The notes under the pieces: generated by a model
What the model was told of the DNA's origin: nothing
Seen by the model: the letters and a program-made list of their open reading frames with translations, nothing else
Database searches by the model: none
Source of the DNA: Bacillota bacterium
Lineage (GTDB): Bacteria > Bacillota > Ch66 > Ch109
Length of the DNA: 64,000 nucleotides
Assembly: GCA_050952625.1 (NCBI GenBank)
Contig: JBMNLH010000001.1
Span: 1,312,001-1,376,000 of the forward strand
Direction of reading: 5' to 3'
Shown: positions 42,923 through 52,338 of the stretch, one piece after another
Position numbering within the stretch: position 1 is the stretch's first letter
Layout of the letters: each line of letters opens with the position of its first letter
Program-made: the position numbers and the translations under genes

Positions 42923-43459
42923 ATGGTTCTCAGGCTGCCAAACCTGACCAATCTCCTCACAACAGAGGGAAAGGTCTGGATCGCCCCGACCACCGTTATT
43001 ATTGGCGGAGTAGAAATCGGCACTCAAACATGCATCGGACCTAATTCAGTTCTACGGGGTGACTTAAATCGAATTACGATTGGTTCATTGACTAGTATTC
43101 AAGAGGACAGTTTTATTGAAACAAAGGTAACGTTTGGTGTAATTATTGGTAACCGCGTTAGTATTGGCCATAATTCGATCCTTACTGGTTGTAGGGTAGG
43201 AGATGGTGCGATTATTGGTGACCAAGTCAGCATTTTAGAAGGCGCGGAAATAGGTGAAGGTGCAGTGATCAAATCTGGTACCATCATTTATCAAGGTCAG
43301 TGTATACCGCCCCATGTCGTAGTTGAAGGTTCACCAGCCAAGTCCGTTAGATCTCTTACCGAGGAAGAAATTTTTCGAAAGCAAAAGTATTGGCAATATG
43401 TAGAACAGATTTGGGAAGCCTTAAATAATTCCGGGACCAAAGATAGACTAACCGCTTAA
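42923..43459 (+). CDS. Gamma carbonic anhydrase-family (YrdA-like) left-handed beta-helix protein
   Basis: Hexapeptide repeats, VLRGDLNRITIG, GSPAKSVRSL. Confidence 0.85.
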   Translation: MVLRLPNLTNLLTTEGKVWIAPTTVIIGGVEIGTQTCIGPNSVLRGDLNRITIGSLTSIQEDSFIETKVTFGVIIGNRVSIGHNSILTGCRVGDGAIIGDQVSILEGAEIGEGAVIKSGTIIYQGQCIPPHVVVEGSPAKSVRSLTEEEIFRKQKYWQYVEQIWEALNNSGTKDRLTA

Positions 43460-43767
43460 TCCTTAGCACTACCAGCTATATTCAGGCAGACTGATAGTTT
43501 TCCCAAAGCATCACCTTCCCTAAGCAGTTCCAAACCTGATTAACATATTCTTTCCTTCTCTCCAAAATACATATAGTTCCATATTTTCAAATACACCCCA
43601 AATTAATCTGCAAAAATAAATCCTGTTTTCCTAAGTCAATGGTTGTCTCGTTTTCACCATTATTAGCAAATGGTCAAAGAAAACCTCATTGAAAAAAACA
43701 GATCACTCTAAACATAAGAATTAATGTTCTTGAACACTGAATATGGCTTGGAAAAGGGGTTAAAAAA

Positions 43768-45324
43768 GTGATTAAAACGACCGCCAAAAAAATTGAACTA
43801 TTTTATCAAAAAGAGTCTAGGATTAACGCAATGGGCGGAGAAAAACAAATCGCCAAGCAACATAGCCTGGGAAAATTAACTGCCAGAGAAAGAGTTAATC
43901 TTCTATTTGATCCGGATACCTTTCAAGAAACCGACAAATTCGTAACCCATCAGTGTACTTACTTCAATATGGATAAAGTAGAGATCCCGGCTGATGGAGT
44001 AATTACTGGATACGGCAAGGTTAATGGTCGCTTAGTCTATGTTTTTGCGCAAGACTTTACCTCTGTAGGTGGGGCAATGGGATTGGCTCAGGCGGAAAAG
44101 ATTTGTAAAATTATGGATATCGCTGCTAGCGTCGGTGCTCCGGTAGTGGGTTTAAACGACTCGGGAGGGGCACGGATTCAAGAAGGAATTAATTCTTTAA
44201 GTGGCTACGGCAAGATGTTTCTGCGGAATATCCGTTATTCCGGCGTTATCCCGCAGATTACGGCGATAATGGGACCAACTGCCGGCGGTGCTGTCTATTC
44301 ACCGGCGATGATGGACTTTATTTTTATGGTCAAAGGAACCGGTCAAATGTTCATTACTGGACCAGAAGTAATTAAAGCAGCGATTGGTGAAACAATTTCT
44401 CCCGAAGAACTGGGGGGAGCAATTACACATAATAAGATTTCCGGCAATGCTCATTTTGTCTGCGATAGTGATGCCGATTGTATTGACCAGATTAAAAAAC
44501 TTCTATCCTATCTACCTTCCAGCAATCAAGAAGCTCCCCCGGTCACCGAGTGCCATGACCCAGCGAACCGCGTTGAGGATAAACTAAATACCATTGTACC
44601 GGATGCGGCTAACCGGGTCTACAATATGAAACAACTTATCAAAATGCTGGTGGACAATGGCGAGTATTTTGAGGTACAGCCTTTATACTCCCCCAACCTG
44701 CTGACTCTGTTTGCCCGATTAAACGGACAAGTCGTTGGAATTATTGCCAATCAACCCATCCAATTGTCGGGCTGTCTGGATGTCAATGCTTCTGATAAAG
44801 GGGCTCGATTTATTCGTTTTTGTGATGCCTTTAACATCCCCCTCCTCACCTTTACCGACACCCCAGGTTTTTTACCTGGCAAAAATCAAGAATTTACCGG
44901 CATTATTCGACATGGCGCGAAGATGCTTTTTGCTTATGGTGAGGCGACAGTTCCCAAAATAACGGTTATCATCCGTAAAGCCTATGGCGGAGCCTATATG
45001 GCGATGTGCGGCAAAGACTTGGCCGCTGATCAGGTTATTGCCTGGCCTACCGCCCAAATAGCGGTCATGGGTGCGCAGGGGGCAGCAAATATTATTTTCC
45101 GCAAAGAAATTGCCGCTGCTGCGGATCCGGAAGCCTTGCGTCAGGAAAAAATAGCCGAATATGAAACCCTCTTTAATAACCCTTACGTCGCGGCGAGCCG
45201 AGGTCTCGTGGATATAGTCTGTGAACCGAGACAAACTCGGCCAACCCTGATTAGAGTTTTGGATAGCTTATTGAAAAAGAAAGAAAACCTCCCCTGGAAA
45301 AAACACTGTAATATCCCATTGTAA
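43768..45324 (+). CDS. Acyl-CoA carboxyltransferase subunit (PccB/MmdA/12S-like), paralog 1
   Basis: GKLTARER, DSGGARIQEG, AGGAVYSPA, RFCDAFNIP, RKAYGGAY, KKHCNIPL. Confidence 0.93.
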   Translation: MIKTTAKKIELFYQKESRINAMGGEKQIAKQHSLGKLTARERVNLLFDPDTFQETDKFVTHQCTYFNMDKVEIPADGVITGYGKVNGRLVYVFAQDFTSVGGAMGLAQAEKICKIMDIAASVGAPVVGLNDSGGARIQEGINSLSGYGKMFLRNIRYSGVIPQITAIMGPTAGGAVYSPAMMDFIFMVKGTGQMFITGPEVIKAAIGETISPEELGGAITHNKISGNAHFVCDSDADCIDQIKKLLSYLPSSNQEAPPVTECHDPANRVEDKLNTIVPDAANRVYNMKQLIKMLVDNGEYFEVQPLYSPNLLTLFARLNGQVVGIIANQPIQLSGCLDVNASDKGARFIRFCDAFNIPLLTFTDTPGFLPGKNQEFTGIIRHGAKMLFAYGEATVPKITVIIRKAYGGAYMAMCGKDLAADQVIAWPTAQIAVMGAQGAANIIFRKEIAAAADPEALRQEKIAEYETLFNNPYVAASRGLVDIVCEPRQTRPTLIRVLDSLLKKKENLPWKKHCNIPL

Positions 45325-45338
45325 TTAATACTGCATCA

Positions 45339-45365
45339 AGATTCTTCGCTCCGCTCGGAATGACA
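45339..45365 (+). repeat. Single copy of a REP-like motif (agattcttcgctccgctcggaatgaca)
   Basis: Small hairpin motif just after the stop codon, resembling a widespread intergenic palindrome family (recalled, not searched). Confidence 0.45.
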
Positions 45366-45408
45366 GCGGCTTTGTATGAAGACAGCAAGAGTAGGTAAGA
45401 ACAAATTA

Positions 45409-45439
45409 AGCCCTTTCCATTGATAATGGAAAGGGCTAA
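45409..45439. terminator. Terminator between the carboxyltransferase and etfA
   Basis: agccctttccatt-gat-aatggaaagggct. Confidence 0.75.
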
Positions 45440-45579
45440 TAATTTTAATTTAGTTTTCTCTTCGTGCATCATGCCTAAGTCATAAAACAACTTCAGTTAA
45501 TTATCAAGCTCGGGAAGCCGCTGGAAACTGAGACTATTGACACGGGCAATTTCTAAAACACCTTAATACACGCCAATAA

Positions 45580-46587
45580 TCACGCCCGGCTCTTCAGTTC
45601 CTGAATCAGGGCCGGCACGATTTGCCGATAATCTCCGACGATACCGTAGTCAACCTGTTTAAAGATCGCTGCTTTGGGATCCTGATTGATCGCGACCAAG
45701 GTCCCTTTACCTTTGATCCCAACCGTATGCATCATGTCACCGGAAATCCCTATCCCAATATACAACTCTGGTCGAATCGTCTTACCGCTTTGGCCAATCA
45801 TCAGCTCGTGCTCGGCCCAGCCCTCATCAACGGCTGGACGAGTACACCCAACGACTGCCCCTAAAGCCTCGGCCAAATCCTCCACCAATGCCCATCCCTC
45901 CGGGCCGCCAATACCTGCTCCCCCGGCGACAACCCGGGCGGCAGCTTCCAGCTTGGCTTCTTTCGGTGGTTTACGCCTTACTTCACGCAGTTGAATAGCT
46001 GGAGAATCTTTTGGAATCGGTGCTTCAAACCTTACCACTTCTAAAGGTACTTCTCCGGTTGCCCCGGCTTTAATCTCAGTCGGTTCTCCGGTCTCCAGCA
46101 TTCCTGGTTTTACCGTAGCCACTTGAGGACGGTGCTGTGGTGTTACAATTGTCGCGAAAATCGTGCCTCCCAGCCCGGGTACTATTTGCAGTAAATTCCC
46201 GTCGTGGTCCAATTTCAATTCACAGCAGTCGGCCGCACAACCGGTCCCCAATCGGGCCGCTACGGCTGGTGCCAGATCTCGTCCGAGATAGGTAGCCCCA
46301 AATAGAATCATTTCAGGGCAACCAAACTTCTCAACCAGTCCGGTGATTACTTCTGTATAAATCAAGGGATGGTAATAAGTCAGTCCCTTGTGTTGGGTCA
46401 AATAAACCCGATTAACTTGCCAGTTGCTCAATGAAGAGGCTAGATTCTCAACTTCATCGCCGCAGACAATAGCGATTAATTCTCCACCTAATTCATCAGC
46501 TAGGCTTCTGGCAGTCGTTAGCAATTCCCGGGTTACGCTGGTCCACTGACCCAGCTGGTGTTCGGCAAAAACCCACACTGCTTTCAT
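45580..46587 (-). CDS. etfA: Electron transfer flavoprotein alpha subunit
   Basis: GRDLAP, PQVATVKPG, VVAGGAG, IGQSGKTIRPELYIGIGISG, AINQD..A.IF. Confidence 0.95.
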   Translation of the reverse strand: MKAVWVFAEHQLGQWTSVTRELLTTARSLADELGGELIAIVCGDEVENLASSLSNWQVNRVYLTQHKGLTYYHPLIYTEVITGLVEKFGCPEMILFGATYLGRDLAPAVAARLGTGCAADCCELKLDHDGNLLQIVPGLGGTIFATIVTPQHRPQVATVKPGMLETGEPTEIKAGATGEVPLEVVRFEAPIPKDSPAIQLREVRRKPPKEAKLEAAARVVAGGAGIGGPEGWALVEDLAEALGAVVGCTRPAVDEGWAEHELMIGQSGKTIRPELYIGIGISGDMMHTVGIKGKGTLVAINQDPKAAIFKQVDYGIVGDYRQIVPALIQELKSRA

Positions 46588-47396
46588 TGTCCCGCCCCCT
46601 TTTCGGTCAAGCCTAGTTTATTTAACAATTGAATTGCTACCTGTTGGGGGGAACCGGTCAGCAGTTCTACTTTTTTGGTTGATTCGTGGGTAAACAAATC
46701 CCGGGTCTGAGTTGGTGAGCCATTTAAACCAATCCCGGCTAAATCGATCGGCAGATCATCAGCAGTAAACGTAATGACTTTTCTTTTCCGCGCGGCTAAA
46801 ATTCCAAGCATAGAAAGCCGCCGCGGCTGATTAACGGCAGAATCTACCGTGATGAGCAACGGTAATTGACCCAACAAATCCCGCTGTTCAGTTTCATCCT
46901 CCACCGTAACCAGCAGGTGGTTATCATCCTCTCTCTTTAGTTGACAAACCCGGGTTAGCCAGGGAATACCTAATAATACAGCCAGTTGAGCTCCTACCTG
47001 AGCTGTTCCGCCATCAAAACTTTCCGCTCCACAAATAATCAGGTCCCACTCGCCCATTTTTTTCAGGCCAACGGCTAACACTCGGGCGGTAGCCAACGTG
47101 TCTCCACCGGCAAAGCGCAAATCCGACAGCAAAACAGCCTCATCCGCCCCCATCGCTAAAGTTTCGGTTAGGGTCTGTTCAGCAGCCGGCGGGGCCATTG
47201 AAAATACAGTTGCCTTTCCTTCAGCTTCCTCTTTCAATTTAATACCGGCTTCTAGGGCATGTCGATCTAAAGGGTTAATCACCAGCGGAATACCCTTGCG
47301 TACCAGGGTCTTGGTTACTGGGTCAACCTGTAACCGGTTGCTCTCTTTAGGATCTGGTACCGGTTTAACACAGACAGCGATACGTAATGGACGCAA
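46584..47396 (-). CDS. etfB: Electron transfer flavoprotein beta subunit
   Basis: VCVKPVPD, INPLD, AMGAD, GGDTLATA, DGGTAQVG. Confidence 0.95.
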   Translation of the reverse strand: MRPLRIAVCVKPVPDPKESNRLQVDPVTKTLVRKGIPLVINPLDRHALEAGIKLKEEAEGKATVFSMAPPAAEQTLTETLAMGADEAVLLSDLRFAGGDTLATARVLAVGLKKMGEWDLIICGAESFDGGTAQVGAQLAVLLGIPWLTRVCQLKREDDNHLLVTVEDETEQRDLLGQLPLLITVDSAVNQPRRLSMLGILAARKRKVITFTADDLPIDLAGIGLNGSPTQTRDLFTHESTKKVELLTGSPQQVAIQLLNKLGLTEKGAGQ

Positions 47397-47411
47397 AAGT
47401 TCACCCCCCTA

Positions 47412-48563
47412 TTATCCGTTTAAAGACATCCGAGCAACAGTTAACCTCATAATGTCACCCGTTCCGGCTGCTGCCCAGATCATTCTAGCGTCACGCAGAT
47501 AACGTTCGACATGATATTCTTCAACTACCCCATAACCGCCCAGGATTTCAACCGCCAGGTCCGAAGCCTTGATCGCTGCATCCGTAGCATAAGATTTAGC
47601 CATGGCCACATAAGGGGCCAAATCTTTATCCGGCACATTTTGATCTGTCATCCAGGCGGCCCGATAGACTAGCAGACGGCTGGCTTCAAGGAGATAAGTC
47701 ATTTCCGCGATCTTAAACTGAACACCCTGAAGATGGGCGATTGGTTTACCATACAAAACTCGCTCATTAGCAAACTTAACGGCAGCGTCTAATGAAGCCT
47801 TAATGACGCCTAGGCCGACCGCGGCCATGCCCATTCGACCCATACGGCCGATGGAGGTCATAGCCACTGTAATCCCTTTACCCTCACCTAAGATGATGTG
47901 GCTGTGCGGCACTCGACAATTCTGGAAAATCAGATCACCGTTGTCCAGACCATGAAAACCAGTTTTACTTTCCATTCGGCCGGTCTTATAACCTTCCATT
48001 GACTTATCAACAAAGAAGGTGGTAAATTCTTTTTTCGGTTGATCATTGGTGACAGCGGTTAGCCAAGTACAATTAGCTGTTTTGTTGTTGCTGATAAAAC
48101 ACTTCCGGCCGTTAATTATCCAGTCATCCCCATCCCGAACCGCAGTCGTAGTCATCCCGCCCGTAGGATCTGATCCACCGCTGGCTTCAGTAATCGCTCC
48201 GGTAGCAATATATTCTCCAGCGGCCACGCCGGGCAGATATTTGGCTTTCAATTCTGGCGAACCGAGACGAACTAACGGTACATAACCCAAACAGTGCACC
48301 TGAAAAGAAGTGCCAAGGGCTGCCGAAATACGAGAGATTTCTTCTACTACCAGGATGGCGGCCAGAGTCCCCAAATTGCTTCCGCCGTATTCCTCTGGCA
48401 CTAGAATCCCTGTAAAACCAGCTTCCGCCAATATCGGATAAAAATCTTCGGGCAGTTCCTTGGTTTTTTCCATCTCTTCCACCTGAGGAGCAATCACTTC
48501 TTCAGCTAACTCACGGGCTGCCTTTTTTAATAACTCCTGTTCCGCGGTGAATTCAAAATTCAT
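47412..48563 (-). CDS. Acyl-CoA dehydrogenase
   Basis: AITEASGGSD, INGRKCFISN, GRMGMAA, QGVQFKIAEM, ILGGYG..ERYLRDA. Confidence 0.93.
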   Translation of the reverse strand: MNFEFTAEQELLKKAARELAEEVIAPQVEEMEKTKELPEDFYPILAEAGFTGILVPEEYGGSNLGTLAAILVVEEISRISAALGTSFQVHCLGYVPLVRLGSPELKAKYLPGVAAGEYIATGAITEASGGSDPTGGMTTTAVRDGDDWIINGRKCFISNNKTANCTWLTAVTNDQPKKEFTTFFVDKSMEGYKTGRMESKTGFHGLDNGDLIFQNCRVPHSHIILGEGKGITVAMTSIGRMGRMGMAAVGLGVIKASLDAAVKFANERVLYGKPIAHLQGVQFKIAEMTYLLEASRLLVYRAAWMTDQNVPDKDLAPYVAMAKSYATDAAIKASDLAVEILGGYGVVEEYHVERYLRDARMIWAAAGTGDIMRLTVARMSLNG

Positions 48564-49002
48564 ATAACACTGCCTCCTTATTAACCTGAGTTGCTGCTTT
48601 TTCGGTCTTCTCTCTCCACGTTTTTGTCCTCCCAGGAAGCACCGCAAACTGGAAAAAGAGACAAACACCTCCACCGTTACCCTGAGCTAAGTAACTATTG
48701 CAGTTTACACTATCACCTTATAACCTTAAAGAAACAAGCCGTTGCTCCCATCACCTCCGATACTTGGCTAAGTCTTGCTAAATCTTTAAAAATATTTAAG
48801 GAATATTTAGGCAACTCAAAACAAGAGGCTCTCTATCTATTTCTTTCAATTGGTTTATTTTCGCCATAAATCGTCAGATTCCTCCTGGAATAACGTTGAA
48901 AAAGTTCGATGTATGTAAAATGTTCTGCTTTTATAAAAAATAAAAGCGGGATCACCCCGCTATTCATTAAATTAACAAAACTATAGAAATTTTTAAATGC
49001 GC

Positions 49003-50223
49003 TTACGTCAAATTGTTTAACAAAGTTTGCCAAACTTGCTCAAAACGATTTAACCCTTCTTCTATATTCTCCTGACTGGTTGCATAACTAAGACGCAGGT
49101 AATCGTTAACCCCAAAAGCAATCCCCGGAACAACGGCGATCCGTCCATGACTCAACATGATCCGAGCGAGATCAGCCGAATCTCGAATTTCTTCTCCTTG
49201 ATAGCTATGGCCAAAGGCAGCGGAAATATTGGGAAAAGCATAAAAGGCCCCACCTGGTTTACGGCAAGTTATCCCTGGAATAGCAGATAATCGTTCCAGG
49301 ATATAATCCCGACGCTTTTTAAACTCAGCCACCATTTCTTTTACCGGGGTCTGAGAACCGCGAATTGCTTCTACGGCCCCCCATTGCGCAAAGGAATTAG
49401 GATTAGAGGTCGCGTGGCTCTGCAAATCCGCCATGGCTTTAGCCACTGAGGCTGGTGCGGCCGCATACCCAATTCGCCACCCAGTCATTGAATATGACTT
49501 GGAAACTCCATTTACCACGATAGTCAATTCTTTAATCTCCGGGCCTAAAGAAGCTAAACTAACGTGCTCCAATTCATCGTAGACCAATTTCTCATAGATT
49601 TCATCAGAAATGACTATTAGTTGATGTCTCACCAAGCAATCAGCTAATGCCTGCAATTCGTCTCGGTTATAGACCGAGCCAGTCGGGTTGCTGGGACTAT
49701 TTAGAATTAGCAGCTTGGTACTAGGGTTAATGACCGCTTCAAGTTCCGCAGGGGTTAGTTTAAAGTCATTTTCCTCACGAGTGATAACCACCCGCGGGAT
49801 CCCACCGGCTAACTTAACCATTTCTGCGTAACTCACCCAATAAGGAGCCGGTAAAACAACCTCATCCCCCGGATTAATCAAGACTTGAATGGCATTAAAA
49901 AGAGAATGTTTGGCACCATTAGACACTACTATCTGACTAGTTTGGTAATCCAAACCATTCTCATTGCTTAATTTATCTTTAATCGCTTCTTTTAAATCAT
50001 CTATCCCGGCTACCGGAGTATACTTCGTAAAACCCTTGGCCAGGGCCTGAGCAGCAGCTGATTTAATGTGCTTTGGAGTATCGAAATCCGGCTCTCCGAC
50101 TCCAAAACTAATAATATGAATTCCTTCTTTGACCATCTTTTTCGCCTGGGCATCGATTGCCATAGTTGGTGAAGCACTGATGCTCCGAGCGCGGTCTGCC
50201 AGGTTAATTGCCAATTCACCCAC
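49003..50223 (-). CDS. PLP-dependent class I aminotransferase (aspartate aminotransferase-like)
   Basis: GEPDFDTP, NSPSNPTG, SDEIYE, SKSYSMTGWRIGY. Confidence 0.92.
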   Translation of the reverse strand: MGELAINLADRARSISASPTMAIDAQAKKMVKEGIHIISFGVGEPDFDTPKHIKSAAAQALAKGFTKYTPVAGIDDLKEAIKDKLSNENGLDYQTSQIVVSNGAKHSLFNAIQVLINPGDEVVLPAPYWVSYAEMVKLAGGIPRVVITREENDFKLTPAELEAVINPSTKLLILNSPSNPTGSVYNRDELQALADCLVRHQLIVISDEIYEKLVYDELEHVSLASLGPEIKELTIVVNGVSKSYSMTGWRIGYAAAPASVAKAMADLQSHATSNPNSFAQWGAVEAIRGSQTPVKEMVAEFKKRRDYILERLSAIPGITCRKPGGAFYAFPNISAAFGHSYQGEEIRDSADLARIMLSHGRIAVVPGIAFGVNDYLRLSYATSQENIEEGLNRFEQVWQTLLNNLT

Positions 50224-50388
50224 TACCCTTCCTCATGAATATACTACAGTATCATTTAAGGCTAACAGTATTTTTACTATTATATAATATTCGACAGAGC
50301 CCAACTGGTTCCTACCTATTTCATCTTACGCGACAAGTATACATGAATTTTCTAGATCTAATTTTCACAAAGAGAGGGCTGAGCCATA

Positions 50389-50850
50389 TTGATCCTTGAA
50401 CCGAAAGACAAAAAAAGAAATCCCCCTTCCAAGTGGGGATTTAAACAAGTAATAAAAAATAATAAATTAAACTCGGATTCATCCTTAACTAGTCAAATAT
50501 GCCTTTCACTAGGGGAGCTTCGTCTTTTTTTTAAACGGATGCACGAACCCGCTAAACCACACGAAACAACCGTGGTAATTCCAAGAGCAGAAATCCGCTC
50601 TAGTCTAAGAATCGGAAAATATATAAACTATTCCAAAGAGATGCTCTTAAACAGCATCACCCTAGTTGATTCTCCCCAGCGATCATCAACTAGCCAACCT
50701 TTTCAGGAAAGTGACTCTAATCATCATGATCCGGTGGATCATGATAGAAACAAGCCGATAAAGCCTGCCTCAGACCAAACTAGGAAACCCTATGTATTAA
50801 TAAATTTTCGTTATAAAAATAATAACAAAAGCAAATCACAAGGTTTCTAA
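50389..50850 (+). CDS. Hypothetical protein
   Basis: Open 153-codon frame with GAGGG RBS; globular-looking core ETTVVIPRAEIR..LLNSITLVD. Confidence 0.55.
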   Translation: MILEPKDKKRNPPSKWGFKQVIKNNKLNSDSSLTSQICLSLGELRLFFKRMHEPAKPHETTVVIPRAEIRSSLRIGKYINYSKEMLLNSITLVDSPQRSSTSQPFQESDSNHHDPVDHDRNKPIKPASDQTRKPYVLINFRYKNNNKSKSQGF

Positions 50851-51455
50851 TCATCAAGATGACTGGAATCACCCCAAAATACGACCCGGGTAACCGGACC
50901 CTCAAATTCGACCAGACTTACGTTAGTGTTTCGGGCAAAATACCTTTTCAAGAAAGGGGCATCCTCTTGTAAAAAAGTTAACAGCAAAATAGCGATTAGA
51001 CCGCCATGGCCAACCAAGGCAATTGTTCCATTGGGATACTTTTCTTTTATTTCTTCAAGACAAGTCAGGGCTCGATCGCGTACCTCAGCTAGGCTCTCAC
51101 CCCCGGGTACCCTATTCTTTTCGGGGTCAGCCAACCACATATCTCGCGTTCCAGGATATTGGGCGTTAATCTCAGCCAAAGTTAGGCCTTCCCATAAGCC
51201 ATAGTCGATTTCCCGCAAGGCTGGCAAAGACGTAACCGTCAAACCATGCTCACGAGCAATTATCTCTGCGGTTACTCTAGCCCGAGATAAATCACTAGAA
51301 AAAACAGCATCTAATGGTTCATCCTTCAGCCGCTTAGCCACTAAACCGGCCTGCCATTCTCCTGTTTTGCTTAACGGAACGTCAGTATGGCCCTGATAAC
51401 GATAATTTTGATTCCAAATTGTTTCCCCATGTCTGATTAGAAATAACCTTAACAT
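50847..51455 (-). CDS. Histidine phosphatase (alpha-ribazole phosphatase CobC-like)
   Basis: LIRHGET, SSDLSRA, LREIDYGLWEG, GES, HGG; next to cobO. Confidence 0.85.
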   Translation of the reverse strand: MLRLFLIRHGETIWNQNYRYQGHTDVPLSKTGEWQAGLVAKRLKDEPLDAVFSSDLSRARVTAEIIAREHGLTVTSLPALREIDYGLWEGLTLAEINAQYPGTRDMWLADPEKNRVPGGESLAEVRDRALTCLEEIKEKYPNGTIALVGHGGLIAILLLTFLQEDAPFLKRYFARNTNVSLVEFEGPVTRVVFWGDSSHLDD

Positions 51456-51516
51456 TATCTTACTCCTATAATCTGATATGGCTAACGCTTATGTTTTACT
51501 TAGTCAGCCGGTTTCC

Positions 51517-52071
51517 CTAGTATTCTATTCCTAACCGAGCCGGTACACCACTATGAAAATAGTGCTTGATCTCGTTCATTTCGGTCACTAGATCTGCCAT
51601 TTCCATTAGTGGCCGCGGTAAACTCCGACCGGTTAAAACTATTTCCAGGTATTCAGAACGATTCTTTAGAACACGAATAACCTCGTCTAGATCGATCAGT
51701 TTGTTTTCAATAGCATCTAGTAACTCATCCAGGATCAACACCTCGCATTCGCCCCCAAGGATTAACTTCTGTACATATTCCCAGGCAATCTGAATCTCTT
51801 TCTCCAACCGCTGTCTGTCTTCTTTCGATAACATCCAAACAAATCCATGTGGTCGTTCAAAACGCAGTATTTGAAACTGAGGCTCCAATGTCCGGACCGA
51901 ATGAAGTTCTCCGGTATCCATGCCTTTTAAAAACTGTACCATAATAACTCGCAGACCACGGCCAATCGCCCGCAATCCCAAGCCTAGAGCCGCTGTAGTT
52001 TTCCCTTTGCCGGTACCCATATATACATGAATCATGCCTTTAATCTTTTGGTCACCTTGTAAGGTAATCAC
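51517..52071 (-). CDS. cobO: Cob(I)yrinic acid a,c-diamide adenosyltransferase (CobO/BtuR)
   Basis: GKGKTTAALG, QFLKG, ILDEL, LTGR, ADLVTEM..KH..G..AR.GIEY. Confidence 0.93.
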   Translation of the reverse strand: MITLQGDQKIKGMIHVYMGTGKGKTTAALGLGLRAIGRGLRVIMVQFLKGMDTGELHSVRTLEPQFQILRFERPHGFVWMLSKEDRQRLEKEIQIAWEYVQKLILGGECEVLILDELLDAIENKLIDLDEVIRVLKNRSEYLEIVLTGRSLPRPLMEMADLVTEMNEIKHYFHSGVPARLGIEY

Positions 52072-52233
52072 CTCCTAAATACTATGCGCTTGGATTAATG
52101 TAGTCATTAGGTAAAGATTGGAATTAGCAGACGCCATGCAATACCAACTTGTGACCTTATAATAAGGTGTAAGCAAGGTTTTTCTCTTCTTTGTTGCTGT
52201 TAGGCTATTATCTATATACAACAAATGATAAGA

Positions 52234-52260
52234 AAACCCTTCCGAGATTTCGGAAGGGTT
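52234..52260 (-). terminator. Terminator of carboxyltransferase paralog 2
   Basis: aacccttccga-gat-ttcggaagggtt with U-tract on the minus strand. Confidence 0.75.
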
Positions 52261-52338
52261 GATTTTAGGGGGGATGCGACGTGGAACTCGATACCTGGTT
52301 TCCTGGTTGTTGCTGACCGGGTCGTGTAAAGCCTAATC

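Noticed and set aside
48764-48779. sigma54-like TGGC..TTGC
   Set aside because: Spacing is one base short and it points away from the acyl-CoA dehydrogenase gene.
50723-50745. Perfect 10-bp stem atcatgatcc/ggatcatgat inside the hypothetical ORF
   Set aside because: Single occurrence, no U-tract and no other copies; function cannot be supported.
52080-52335. Cobalamin riboswitch upstream of cobO
   Set aside because: No B12-box or conserved core seen; the hairpin present is the upstream gene's terminator.
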